64,000 bases of DNA from Lingula anatina (taxonomy: Eukaryota > Animalia > Brachiopoda), in NCBI GenBank assembly GCA_051362555.1, contig CM120642.1, positions 30,938,001 through 31,002,000 on the forward strand, written 5' to 3'. Numbering within the stretch: position 1 is the first letter of the stretch; each line of letters begins with the position of its first letter. The position numbers and the translations under genes were made by a program. Below are positions 13,934-26,195 of the stretch, piece by piece. The notes under the pieces are model-generated. The model saw only the letters and a list, made by a program, of their open reading frames with translations. It did no database searches and was not told where the DNA came from.

Positions 13934-14610
13934 GTTTTAGTTGATAACTGGTTTAATGCAAAATAGCCTTGCCCCATCAAATTGGTCTTTGTAAAAGATT
14001 ATGATGACTGGAAATCGGTACGTTTTCACTGAAGTCGTGACGTCCTTGCTTCCTACCAACCGTATCAGTTACATGTATGTCTACAGAACGTGGAAATGCA
14101 TTGGAGGCACTCAGCCAATCTCAGTAACAGTGACAGTGGGTGTGGGCAGTATAGGGATCAGGTTGACTGTTTACGATTAGAAATGATTGTACGGTTTGTC
14201 AAAGTAGACCGAGTGTGCTTATAATAACTTGTCAGTGTAGAACAAACCAGATTCACTTCAAACCTCAGTGCAGTGTAGTCACATAGTTGAGGTATATGTG
14301 GTTTTGTTTAGTCTATATTTTTTGTATGGATGTAGTCTTCCACGGTTTGTTGAGAAACATGACTAGACCACAAAGTAATAACAAGGAAAGGTTGCATAAA
14401 GTTGTGGGCGCCATAGCTGCCTTCACTATGTAACCATGGCAACTATGGTCTATGATGTGCACTTCAAAGGAAAGTGTACGACCAAACAACTAAAAAAGAA
14501 AATAAAATTGGTTTGTCGATGGTTGATTTATTGAATACTGATAGGCCTAAGGAAATGTTTTTTGAAATGTCTGCAAACAAGATAAGCGCAGCACAGACCC
14601 TGCTCCCCCT

Positions 14611-14612
<2 letters not shown>

Positions 14613-14642
<30 letters not shown>
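14613..14642. repeat. Poly-C tract (~30 nt)
   Basis: Seen directly; possibly the core of a GC-rich MITE remnant. Confidence 0.9.
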
Positions 14643-14643
<1 letters not shown>

Positions 14644-14890
14644 CCCGTCAAAAAATGCAAGCATATCGAGAGCATTATCTATCACTTGACTTCCGTTTGC
14701 TTCCAAAACCAACGTTCCCTATCTGCAAGGTACATGTATTTGAATAGAGAAAAAAGGGAGGCCACTTGTTTGTGTTAAATTTGAAACCAATTTGTCCGCA
14801 TATCGTTTTGTCCCTACCCGTAGCTATAACAGCGTTATGTACAAAATGATGTATTATCTTCCCCAAGACAAAGACAGAGGGCGTGTGGTC

Positions 14891-15020
14891 CATAAATAGG
14901 CACTCGATTGTCTTATTAGGTGTTATATATCGCCATTTGGAAGCGTATTTTAGCAACTTTGTTTTTAGGCTGAAGCATTTCGAGGAAAGGCTTCGTGTGT
15001 TTCGGTCAGACTCGGTAAGT
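14891..15020 (+). promoter_or_regulatory. Putative TATA-like box and non-coding first exon of Cys-rich gene B
   Basis: CATAAATA at 14891, donor G|GTAAGT at 15015-15020, acceptor tttccag at 15467 two bases before the ATG. Confidence 0.55.
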
Positions 15021-15469
15021 TTTCCGTTTTTTCTTTGAACTGTGCATTAAAATGAGAGGATTATCCACAAAATGAAACTGTATGCGAATTAGTCATTTGC
15101 TTTCACACGTTGACTGTAAAGAATATTGGTGACATTCGCCTAGACTACTTTGAAATGTTAACCTCATGATAATTTTGCCGTCTGTAGGCCTAAACCTCAT
15201 TTCTGTTGTATATTCTGCACTGAATCCACAATTAGAACACAAGCCCAAATTACAATACAGCGCTAGGAATAAAATAAAAAAGTATAAGACCTGGACTTGC
15301 TTGACAAAATGCATAATACTTAGAATTAAAATCACATGGAATGTCCGTTTTCTTCAACTTCGCTCGCTGATGAATTTTAATAATACATATTTCAAAAATA
15401 ATTACTACAGATATCGTCATTTGATAAATCTACCATCGAAGATGCCAATGTTATTTTTATTTTCCAGTC

Positions 15470-15850
15470 ATGTGGCGTGTGGTTGTTACCCTGGGTCTGC
15501 TATGTATGGTACTACTGCAGACGACACTATCCGCAGAGATACGCCGTTTTCGGAGGTGCCCTTGGAGGCGAGACGCCCTCGGGATAGGCAGATGCTGCGA
15601 CAAATCCGCAATCCCAGGATGCATTTGCCAGAGCCGAATAGAACTGCCAGCAGACATGATGGCGCGAGAGTGTACCGCCGTTGAAAAACCCAACAGGGAT
15701 CCGAAGGAACCAATGTGCCAATGGAGGTACGATGAATATATCAAGCTAGGAATTTGTTGCCAATACACGGGAGCATGCCGCTGCTTACCCATCACCATGG
15801 ACTTTGGACTGTACAGACATTGCGGGGACCCAGTGCCGAAAATGCGATAG
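15470..15850 (+). CDS. Secreted cysteine-rich protein B (126 aa, 2 modules)
   Basis: Signal peptide MWRVVVTLGLLCMVLLQTTLSA, RRFRR before the first Cys, 12 Cys in two CxW-CC-CxC-C modules; single coding exon. Confidence 0.9.
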   Translation: MWRVVVTLGLLCMVLLQTTLSAEIRRFRRCPWRRDALGIGRCCDKSAIPGCICQSRIELPADMMARECTAVEKPNRDPKEPMCQWRYDEYIKLGICCQYTGACRCLPITMDFGLYRHCGDPVPKMR

Positions 15851-17444
15851 ACGTTTCAATTGAGGACAATATGAATGGAAGAACTGCTCAAGATTCATAA
15901 AACTGAATTAGATTCCTAGAGCAAAAGTTATCGAAAAGACACTGTGAGAAGAGCACGTTTTCTTTTCTAGTGCGAATACTTAAATTTGTGGATTGGTTTG
16001 ATACAAATTGCCACTCAGTTATGGATTGGAAACCACTGCATTTTTGAAAACAAACTTTCTACGGTGACTAATAAAAGTCTTATCAGTTAGAATCATTTTC
16101 AGTTTAAGGCTATTTGCAATTAAAACGTTGTTAGAAATATGTTGAATACACATACATTCGTTTTGATTTGCAGTCAATCTTATATACAGACTCTTTTTTA
16201 AAGAAAAAATGTCTTCAAAGAACCTCTGGTTCATATGTCACCTTATTATTCTGAAGTGAAATTTTCACCATACAATTTCAAAATAATCTGTGCGACTAAA
16301 TACTGTATAAATTCCCTCGATGCCAAGTATTGGGATTATGTATGCAGAGCCTTGGCACAACCCTAAATACAGTAAATCAGTTTATACTACACTATTTAAT
16401 ATTGGTACATCCAATTTGAAAAAAATAAGAAGTAATATTTCTAAAGGGGTGTTTTTACTAGTGGGTCGAGAGACGTGTCCGGAGGAGCGAGCACCCCCTT
16501 TTTAAAGCCATCGGAGGATTTGTATGCCTTATAGCCCAAATCGGTAAAATGACCAGCACACCGAGAACCGCAGTAGACCTAGTCCGGGTAACAAAATATC
16601 CAAACTTGATGTAATTAAAATATCCGGGGGCGAGGGTGGTGAATGCGGAAGGGAGGGGTGGTTTGATAATCTGGGTGCTCTGCATCTTTAATGTTTGAAA
16701 TTGTTGACCTCAGCCCTTGTCAACAAGATGCAAAGTGAACGGACTTGTATACAGAGAATGACCAAGGTACTGAGAAAGACGGTATTTCCATTTTTAAGTT
16801 CAAGGGTTTGGTTTGAACTGGTTTCCTCTGACCAGATGGACGCCAGCTTGTCTTTAAAAGTATTTTACAACTTTCGTTCTTTCATGTGACACGTGTAAGG
16901 CAGGCGTCGTACTCATGCACCAAATGCAATCAAAATCGCATCTACCGCAATTGTCGCACGAGTGTTCCATTACCTATTGCAATAAATGCATATGGTCATT
17001 TTCATCGCAATGTACAGAAACAATTTTGTCTCATGGGTGACAGCTTGGACTAGGAAAGATAAGAGCTTATAGTACTGAATATTGTAAACAGGGGTGGGGG
17101 ACATTACGGCATGGGTTCCTCCTTTACATTTAAAAAGAAGGACATAAAGGCCGATAGGTGCATCTTACACGGTTTATTTCCCTCTCTCTGGTAGTTTCAG
17201 TTGTAAAGACATCACCTACGATGAGAGAGTTATTTGTAATGGATCTCAAATTATGGATAATGTAAATAATCTTGTAGGGTTATATTGAAATTTGTGGTCA
17301 TATTTCCATGTAGTGCCAAGAGAAGCCTCGTCACATTTGCATATTATTAAGATGGCATATAGGTTCATAATTATTTTTGTGTTTGACAAATAATTATGTT
17401 AATTTGGAATAAAATAGTGTTATTTCCTTGTGCGTTTTCAAAGG

Positions 17445-17447
<3 letters not shown>

Positions 17448-17497
<50 letters not shown>

Positions 17498-17521
17498 ACA
17501 CACACACACACACACACACAC
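17448..17521. repeat. Compound (CT)n(CA)n microsatellite
   Basis: Seen directly. Confidence 0.95.
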
Positions 17522-17610
17522 TGCGCATACAATGCACTGAAATACTGCATGCTTGATTTATTCAAAACCAAGTGTTTCTATAAACAATAAGAGATAACGT
17601 AAAGACTTTG

Positions 17611-17773
17611 CAGGGCCGTAGCCTGAGCAAAATGCCAGGGGGGGCAGTAAGCGGACACGAGGGGGCAAAGCCCCCGAAGGGAGAGGGGGTGTCCCCCTAC
17701 CAGTGTGGAAAATTCTAAATCCCAGGGGGGGCAGCTGCCCCCCCTGCCCCCCCCCCCGGAGGCTACGGCCCTG
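17611..17773. mobile_element. 163-bp GC-rich MITE with 13-bp TIR and 5-bp target-site duplication
   Basis: Ends CAGGGCCGTAGCC / GGCTACGGCCCTG are perfect inverted repeats, flanked by direct repeat CTTTG (17606-17610 and 17774-17778). Confidence 0.85.
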
Positions 17774-18529
17774 CTTTGATTATATAAGTTTACCTTTTAT
17801 GCGAAAATCAAAGTTGATACTATTGTACATGCACAAGCATAAAAGTTACAACTAAATCGTCACTGAAAACTGAATCATTTATCTAGCTCACCCCATGGCT
17901 AAAGATAAATAAGCACGAACAAACTTGTAAAAAGGGTAAATGACGATTAAAAAAACGAATTCTTTTTTAGGCAATTACCATAAATACAGTTGTCATAAAC
18001 ACCAGCGTTAAATTCAGGATCAAATGTGCGCAATTAAAATAAAACATGACGCATTACACGACTTTACAAATTAAAAAAAAATTGCAAGTGGATATCATTT
18101 AATTGAAAAGTAATGAGCGGGAACATTTATCCTTTATTAATTTCTCAATACGTGCCGCTCGACTCTTGCTCGCATTGTCGCGAGGTTCCTTAGCAACAAA
18201 GGCGAATGCGTCACCGGGAGAGGTTGTCTTTTAAACGTTGCGACCATGCAGTCATGTGCAGACACTACCTGTCAAATGATGAAGTGTTTATGAGGTATGC
18301 AGCTAACCTTCATAAGTCTCTATGAAAAGTCAAGGGCTCAACCACTGTCAGACAACGATGTTTTATGATGTGCTGACTCCGCCTTTATTTTCCAGAGACA
18401 TAGACGAACAGAATCAGAATATAATGCACATTTCTTCCTTCGCTTACAGGGTATTTATAAAGCAATAAATCGATCTGTGTTAATTGAATGGAGGTATGAT
18501 GAATAATTAGTTCCGTCAATATGTTTGCC

Positions 18530-18735
18530 TATAAAAAGAAGAACGTTGTGAACGTACCTTCAACTGGGACTTTTTTGGGGACATCCAAAGCTAAAAGAGA
18601 GAGCGTTACAGCTACCCGGTACACATTTTTCATTGCATTGGAAGATTACATACCAACTACTTGTGACTTTATACAGATACGGAGAAAAATATTACCCTGA
18701 AGCATTTTTGTTCTTCGACATTGATAAAGGTAAGA
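18530..18735 (+). promoter_or_regulatory. Putative TATA box and non-coding first exon of Cys-rich gene C
   Basis: TATAAAA at 18530, donor AAG|GTAAGA at 18730, polypyrimidine acceptor ending 19431 just before ATG 19447. Confidence 0.55.
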
Positions 18736-19446
18736 AAAAAGTGAAACTTCCCAAAATTAAAATCAAGGTGTTAGGTGCTTATTCTAGGCATTTTATCTTA
18801 TACTTTCTTGGCTAGGTGCAGGGAATTTTCAACAGATGATTTGTTTCTCTCATTTGAACATTTTTGTGACTGTATGTCAGCCTCTCGTCGCTATGAATCT
18901 ATTAATACAGAACCAGAAGGTTTTTCCTTGATGTTGATTCGTATAGAGAAAAGAACTGTTTAAATGCATTAGAGAATTGTGATAGTTGTTAAATACAGAT
19001 GCCGTCTTGCGCACTCTCACTATCGTAGCTAGCATTCTTAATGGAAGCAGAACTATACGGTTTTCGTTCAAAAGATAAAACTCGCTTTGCTCAAATTGTT
19101 AAAAATCAACCGAATTTTGTGATTTAGAAGCATTTAAAAAAATATACATTAGATGCACTGCATTAAGAATCAATTTCTTCAGCTGCCCATTTAAAAATCG
19201 TAATGCCTAGTGAGTAGGTTCATAAATCCAGGAAACGGCGCAGAAACTCGTTATGATCATCATCTGGAGTATGGAAAGAACGGATAAAGCAATCTTGACA
19301 TTTGGAACTTAGAGCAAAGTATCGACACACTTAAAGCTTCGTTTTAACGGAATGTTTTGCCCCAGTAAATTGTTTAATATTTAGATTTTACATACCCGTA
19401 TAACAATTTCTTTTTGTTTCCTTTTTTTCAGAAGGCAACAATCAAA

Positions 19447-19902
19447 ATGAAGTTTTCCACGACGGCCTTCGTAGTTTGCCTCATACTAGTCTTAGTCACC
19501 AGCAGTTGGGGCGAAAAACCGGCCTGCCCTTGGAAAAAATCCCCCGTCAAATGCTGCATCGACCAGCCGGACGATGGCTCTATCTGCGGTTGCTATCCTC
19601 CCCTTGACGAACCTTGGGCCGCTGATCGCGGCGTGCCCCTGTGCAGCGTCGTTGAGAACCCCCAACATGACCAGAACACGGCGGTCACGTGTAAATGGAC
19701 CACGGATCAATACTCGGCAATGTATATGAATAACAAGTATTTGAACGGCGAGTACTGCTGTCTGTTTGTGGACCAGTGCCGGTGCCTGTCTTATGACGTG
19801 TATGTGCCGTTCTGGAGGAAATGTGGAGACTGGTTCCCACAAATGATCGTCCATGGCGGAGAGGTGAAAAGGAGTCTCCGGAACAGGGTGATCTCTGAAT
19901 AG
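19447..19902 (+). CDS. Secreted cysteine-rich protein C (151 aa, 2 modules plus C-terminal extension)
   Basis: True ATG at 19447 (aaaATG) after a splice acceptor; signal peptide MKFSTTAFVVCLILVLVTSSWG; 12 Cys in two modules; C-terminal KR site; AATAAA near 20133. Confidence 0.9.
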   Translation: MKFSTTAFVVCLILVLVTSSWGEKPACPWKKSPVKCCIDQPDDGSICGCYPPLDEPWAADRGVPLCSVVENPQHDQNTAVTCKWTTDQYSAMYMNNKYLNGEYCCLFVDQCRCLSYDVYVPFWRKCGDWFPQMIVHGGEVKRSLRNRVISE

Positions 19903-20214
19903 CGAGTCCCACGTCCTGTTATGAGTAAAGACACTAAGAAAAGCACCTGACGTACATGAAGAATGTACAGGACAATTACTGACACGCACCAATCGTCTAG
20001 AGAATTATGGACGATTTTCAATATCTGAATATCTATTATCTGTTTATGTAAGTTTTCACTGTAGCAAAGAAAAAAGACATTGAGCTGCTTTTTGTTATGT
20101 TTTTGACTACCAAAGCAATCGATCTCTTTAGTAATAAAACCAATATTTCTCTAAAACTCTGTTTCTTTCATAAGTTACTCCATTACTTTCTATACTTGAT
20201 TTTTTTTACAAAAA

Positions 20215-20216
<2 letters not shown>

Positions 20217-20264
<48 letters not shown>
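20217..20264. repeat. (TAA)n microsatellite
   Basis: Seen directly. Confidence 0.95.
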
Positions 20265-21611
20265 GGTATTATTTGCTAAAATAAAAAAACTCAGCAAGAG
20301 GGAAAATTTATTTGCCAATGAACAGGTCTTTCAGGTGAAAAGTCGATCCAAAAATGGCGATCCAAAAAGTGAAAGTTAGTAGGCTACAAGCGCGGGCAAT
20401 TGCGGAATTTAAGCCGAAGTGTAGGAAGTGGGGGAACGAACATTAATTATTTGGCCCCCTGTACATGTTCTACTTCCATGACAGAGACAAAAATTACATC
20501 CACAGAGAGAAACTATTATCCATCTTTCGCCTTCACAAAGGCCAAAGACAACGGGCCCATATTGCCTGGTACGGTTGACTGACATATAAATCACATATAT
20601 CTATGTTTATCTGAGCGTGTCACTACGTATAAAACGCATGCTGAATTTGGCTCACAAGACATTGATGAGTTTGCGCAAATCATTTGTCTTCTAAAACTTT
20701 CCCGGCTGGGAAAGCTACTTATGTACTGTATTTTGGCAACATCCCCGCATATGTAAATAAAATAAAAATTTAATTAAATTTTAAAAGACTTGGTTTACGA
20801 TCAGGAAATCATATATCGGTCGTACGATGTGCAAACAATACTCGTTTTGTAATATCTGGAAGGCTGTTTGTTACTTTTCGTGGCCTTCGTCACCGTCGTG
20901 CGTGATGTAGGATTGTCATTTGTATTCCATATCACGAGACCAATCTTCAAATTAACATGCAGCAAGTCTTTGCCTAGCGTTAAATATAACTACAGCTAAA
21001 TAATGAGGTTACCCAAACTAGATGGGCGTGATGAAAAGTTCTATTTTAGTCTGCATCATGACATCTAAATTGGACAAAATTCTGATAAATATTCCGGTTT
21101 GAAATTTTGCCTGTTGCGTATGTTCTGACAAGGTGATATTTCATTTTAAAGAGCAGTTACAGTGATTTAAGGTCCCTCGTATATCCTTACATAATAGTAT
21201 CTTTATTTCAATGAATATGAAATTCTTAAAAAAGGTTACCTCTTTGACAGTATATTCAGATGGCAGCACTCAATACTTTAGTTTGTTTTTTATGCAGCAG
21301 GGGGGGGGGGCAGCGTTCAGAATGCATGATTCAACTTTTTTCTATACAGTTGCAGTCGTTTTTATTTCCACTTTTAAAAAGGATTAAATAATCCCGTAAA
21401 GTTCTACCCCAATATGCCCGAGCAAATAACATACATATATGGCGCGCTGGTAGACTGTAAATAACATGCGGGGAATGGTGTCATATCGGTACAGACAAAC
21501 AATATGTAACATATTACTGTCCCGTCAATAGCTGAGGTCGACACAGAACAGGGTAATGGGCAGTGGGAATTAAAGGAAGGTTACTAGTATAAAACCCCTC
21601 ATACTGTAAAT

Positions 21612-21737
<126 letters not shown>

Positions 21738-21992
21738 AATTCAATACAAGGGGTATCATCTTTTTTTTAAAATAATAGTACATGTACTGGTAATATAAAG
21801 AACGTCAGACTAAATAGGACTATAAACAAAAAAGATATTACTCATATCGTGCTGGTAAATAGCGTCATTTGTCAAACGCATTATTTACCAAAGTTTTTTT
21901 TCAGCGCACGATCTTCAAATACAATTTCCTTGTATGGGAGTGAGCGATTAATGATATCCCCTTAATGTGTATACGCATGTGTGTCTGCACTG

Positions 21993-22059
21993 TATAAAAC
22001 CTCTAACGACAGGAGACAATATCAGCTATCGTCCCGCGATACACTGCACAGAGGTAAGC
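21993..22059 (+). promoter_or_regulatory. Putative TATA box and short non-coding first exon of Cys-rich gene D
   Basis: TATAAAA at 21993, donor GAG|GTAAGC at 22054, acceptor ttttag ending 22570, accATG at 22596. Confidence 0.6.
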
Positions 22060-22595
22060 AAGAGAAGTGTGTTCATACGGACTGGCACATGTATTTTATC
22101 TCAAATTCGACGTCTGCTTCTTTCGTGATATTTCAGCTCTCATTGTTCGAGAACGTGAATATTGTTTTTTTTTTCTACACGAGACAAACGTTTCTACAAC
22201 ATGATTTAATGAACATTCATGAGAAAGTATGAAATTATTTCAAACGTGAGACTTTCAGTTAGGTTTCCTTATTTCATTTCTTTAAGTGTAGTCTTTTGTC
22301 ATTATTCACCATCAAATCGGTTAAATGTGTTTTAAGAAGTGACACAGAGTTGACTTGGGTATAATGAGTTACTGCTACTGGTACATTAATATCATATAAA
22401 CACGACGTCGTGTATAGAGACGTCAAAATGTTCTTAAATTAACTTCTTCCTTTAAAAGATGCTCATTTTGCGTGGAAGTGTTTCGAAGTTTATAAAATTA
22501 GGGCGGTTTTATTTCCAATTCAAAAACTCATTAAACCACAACAAACCAATTTTTATTTCTTTAATTTTAGTTCCACGGTTATTTCAAACCTCACC

Positions 22596-23213
22596 ATGAA
22601 AAGAATTGCGCTTGTTGTATTGCTGAGCGTCTACCTTGCGGTTGTGAGCGCCACAAGCGAACCCCCCACGTGCAATTGGCAGTACGAAGAATCTGGTCGA
22701 CTTAGATGCTGTGAAGCACGCGACGACTGCGCTTGTTTCATCCCAGACGGCCAGGTGAATATCTTCCCTGCAGACAGCGGCGTGCCCTTGTGTAAACCCG
22801 CCTGCAAGTGGGCCTATAACCCCGACGGCACGCTGAAGTGCTGCAAAAAACAACGGAGCCCGGAATGCACGTGCACACCTCCCGAAGGAAGTGAAAACAA
22901 CCTCCGCCAAGGAGCCCCCATCCCAACTTGCCAGCCACCAACCTGTAGGTGGCAGTATTACAGTGACGGTAGCCTGGCCTGCTGTGAGGCAAGAGCCAAC
23001 TGTGCATGCTTCATACCAAAGGGCGTCAGAAACCCATTCCCTTTAGACACTGGCGTCCCTCTATGTCCTAAACCAACGTGCCCATGGAGCCTGAACTTTA
23101 ACGGCACCCCACAGTGCTGTGAGGGTGATGAATTCTGCAGATGTGAAGCTCCTGAAGGTCATTATTTCCCTGCCGACGGCCCTTTTCCAATTTGCCCGAG
23201 CAAATACGTTTGA
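22596..23213 (+). CDS. Secreted cysteine-rich protein D (205 aa, 4 tandem modules)
   Basis: Signal peptide MKRIALVVLLSVYLAVVSA; 24 Cys in four P-x-C-x-W...CC...CxC...P-x-C modules; AATAAA at ~23296. Confidence 0.92.
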   Translation: MKRIALVVLLSVYLAVVSATSEPPTCNWQYEESGRLRCCEARDDCACFIPDGQVNIFPADSGVPLCKPACKWAYNPDGTLKCCKKQRSPECTCTPPEGSENNLRQGAPIPTCQPPTCRWQYYSDGSLACCEARANCACFIPKGVRNPFPLDTGVPLCPKPTCPWSLNFNGTPQCCEGDEFCRCEAPEGHYFPADGPFPICPSKYV

Positions 23214-26195
23214 TATTGCACATGTAGTGCACTGTAAGCCACGCACTGGTCTTATGTGTGAAATTTGTAGGTTCAATTGTGACTTCAGTATTGGGAATAA
23301 AATAATCATGTCGATCTTTTTGTTTTTTTTTATTATTTGCATTGCTTTAAAGTTAAGGTTTTACTGACGATTAATGGCACCGCAAGGTGCACATACTGCA
23401 GACCAGACACGTTCATTTATTTCAAGTTATTTCAAAGAAAAATGATGTTTACAGAATTTTGTCGCCACAAAGTCAGATTAAATTATTCCTGGTGTAGTCC
23501 ACATTTTCCGAACAGGCATGTGTCCTGCACGTGCGCTATGCCCACTAACTACAGTGTAGTACCTCAGAAATCTATAAATAAATGGTTTTATCTCTTTCCT
23601 CACTTGATTGACGGATATAAGCACAACCATTTGAAAACAATAGAATTTCGCCAACAGGATCACTATGTGCAAAACCCTCTCACTCATTTCCGACGGTGTG
23701 ACTTGTTAATTTTGTAATGGTTCTTTTTTTCTATTAAAGTCGATAGTTACGATTGCTTTACGGGAAGCAATAATGTCTACAATAAAACCAGCATTATATA
23801 GCTCAGTGTTCATATCAGACTGCAAAGTGAATAACTCATATCAAATAACAGCTGTAACTGTTACAAATTACTGTTTAAACGAACCCTACATATATAGACT
23901 TTTATAAATTAATGTACATAATTGTAAGTTTTTTTTTCAAATTCAGTGACATTAATTACCATAGTTTATAGTTTTTTGGTGCTAATATGAATAATTTTAC
24001 ATGTAGATTGTAATATAATTTATATCAGCACTATAAGTACGAACTACAGTCAAGTGAAGTGGCGCCAATGTTCGTTATGACAATTTGGATAGAAATATAG
24101 ATAATGCTGATTACCTTATGAAAACCAATCTATGGTCCCTCCACAGTTAAATAACAAATGGAACGTTTTTACTATAGACCTTCAGAAGGTAGCCCAAAAA
24201 ACAGCCCCATCAACTTCCATTCAAATATATGGTATAATTGATAAATATATAAGACCAGCCTGCAATACCCTTTAAACATAATTTTGCAACAAGCTGAATA
24301 TCGTTTCCTGTTCTCGGCGCATCTCACCCGGCCATTGTGTTAACAGTTTCAGCACAACTAATGCATTTGGATTGCAAATGGAAGATCTATCCAATCGTCT
24401 GCACACATAGTAAATTGTTTTTTATCTTAATAACGATATCAAAGAGTCAATACACACGTTTCTTTCATATGATCTTTAAAAAGGTACTCACTCGGAGGTA
24501 GAAAAAAACATTTATTTAAACTTTAAATAGGTCAAAAAGTTATAGATAAATAAAAATATATACATGTAGATAAATAAATGTCATACCACAATGTATAAAA
24601 ATACGATGGTAAATGTACTAGTGAATCAATATGTCGCTTATACAAAAAGCTAATGAAAATCAAGCTATCCTTCAGGCAACAATTTAAAGTGTTTCTTACA
24701 ATAGCTGGTTTAATTCATTGCGCCCTGTTGGAGAACACGCCGGTATTAAATTCGCTGGGGTCACATTTATTTTTAAATGAGACGCAGAGCACATACATAA
24801 CCTCTCGCTCTGTGTGATATTGTAAAGACGTGCGCAGTGGAGGAAATAGTGTTTTTGAGGTCGAGGTTAAAGAAATGAAGATCTGAGGAGTGGTTGAAGC
24901 AAGGTAGGTGCCTTTTAATTCCCATGCTTTCTTTTTATGTGCTTTTATAATACGTGGACTGTTTCTCTAGTTCTCTCGTACGCACTCACATTCTCGCTCT
25001 CTCTCTAACACACACACACAAACAAATACACAAACGCGTACATAATAGTGTCATAAATTGCCATAAAGTGCTTATATTTCAGGGATTAAAGCACAAATTT
25101 TACAAGAGCTATGGCTTGATTTAAGCGTACGCAACTGTTTCAGTATGTATGTTATGCGCAATCTTGGCAGTAACAGAAACAGAATTGTGCATTAATATGG
25201 ATCATATTACATGTACTGCATTGGTATATACGTAAACCCACTTGTAACTGCTGAAACATTAATCACGGAGTAACCGGTTTCACCACGTTGCGGTATAGAT
25301 ATCCTACATTAAGTCTGACATAAATAAGAAGGCGTAGGTAATGTGCACGTAATGTTTTAATGCAATAGAAAAGCACGCTCAGTCAACTAGGCTGGTGATA
25401 ATCAGGTGACTGCAGGTGTAAATCTAGGCTGTTAATGTCTTTATACGAAAGTGATAATGTTAAAATAGCTGAAAGAATGGGATAAATATTCTGGCAATAC
25501 TGTACAGAGTGAAGGGTTACCTGTGAAAAAGCGTGAGACTTTTCATATTTCTGTTTGGTTTTCTTTACTAAAAAGTTATGTTTTTATTTGGTTGATTAAT
25601 GGAAAATAAATGGACAAAATCTGGAAAGGGTAGATCATATAGGGCGTTGTGAATCTGTTTTCACTTATTTTATTTATTTATTTATTTATTTATTTAGAGG
25701 AGGGGAGGGCATCCCAACATTCTGGAAGAATGAATGTTTTGTCGGCTTATTAACCGTTTAAAATACAGGAAAGGAATGTTTGTTCTTATAGGAACAGTTG
25801 TAACTTTTTGGTATTCTGTAATGTCGAAAAAATGATTTTATCAAAATTTCATGATATACGACATCTGATTCTGTAGAAAGTGTACTGCCATTATATTACA
25901 AAAGGAAAAGCGGCCTACAGTATTTCATGATTCGAACAAATTTATAAATCTATCTCTTAAATACGATTGTAGGTAATTTTACCGTATGGATATACAAGTT
26001 TAACATTTGATATTTATCTTTAAGTTCGAATTATCGAAAAAAGCAAACGATCTGCCTTTATTATTATTATTATTTTTGTTCTCGGACACCATCATTGTCA
26101 AAGTGATTCATTAAAGACGATTCAGTGCTAACCGAGAGTTCACCATGGGAAATTATTTTAATACTTCATTATATTTCAGGTGACAACGGTTCCAG

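Noticed and set aside
15166-19992. Overlapping or antisense ORFs (15166-15684, 15457-15798, 19492-19992 and others)
   Set aside because: Alternative-frame shadows of the GC-richer Cys-protein exons, with no signal peptide or motif
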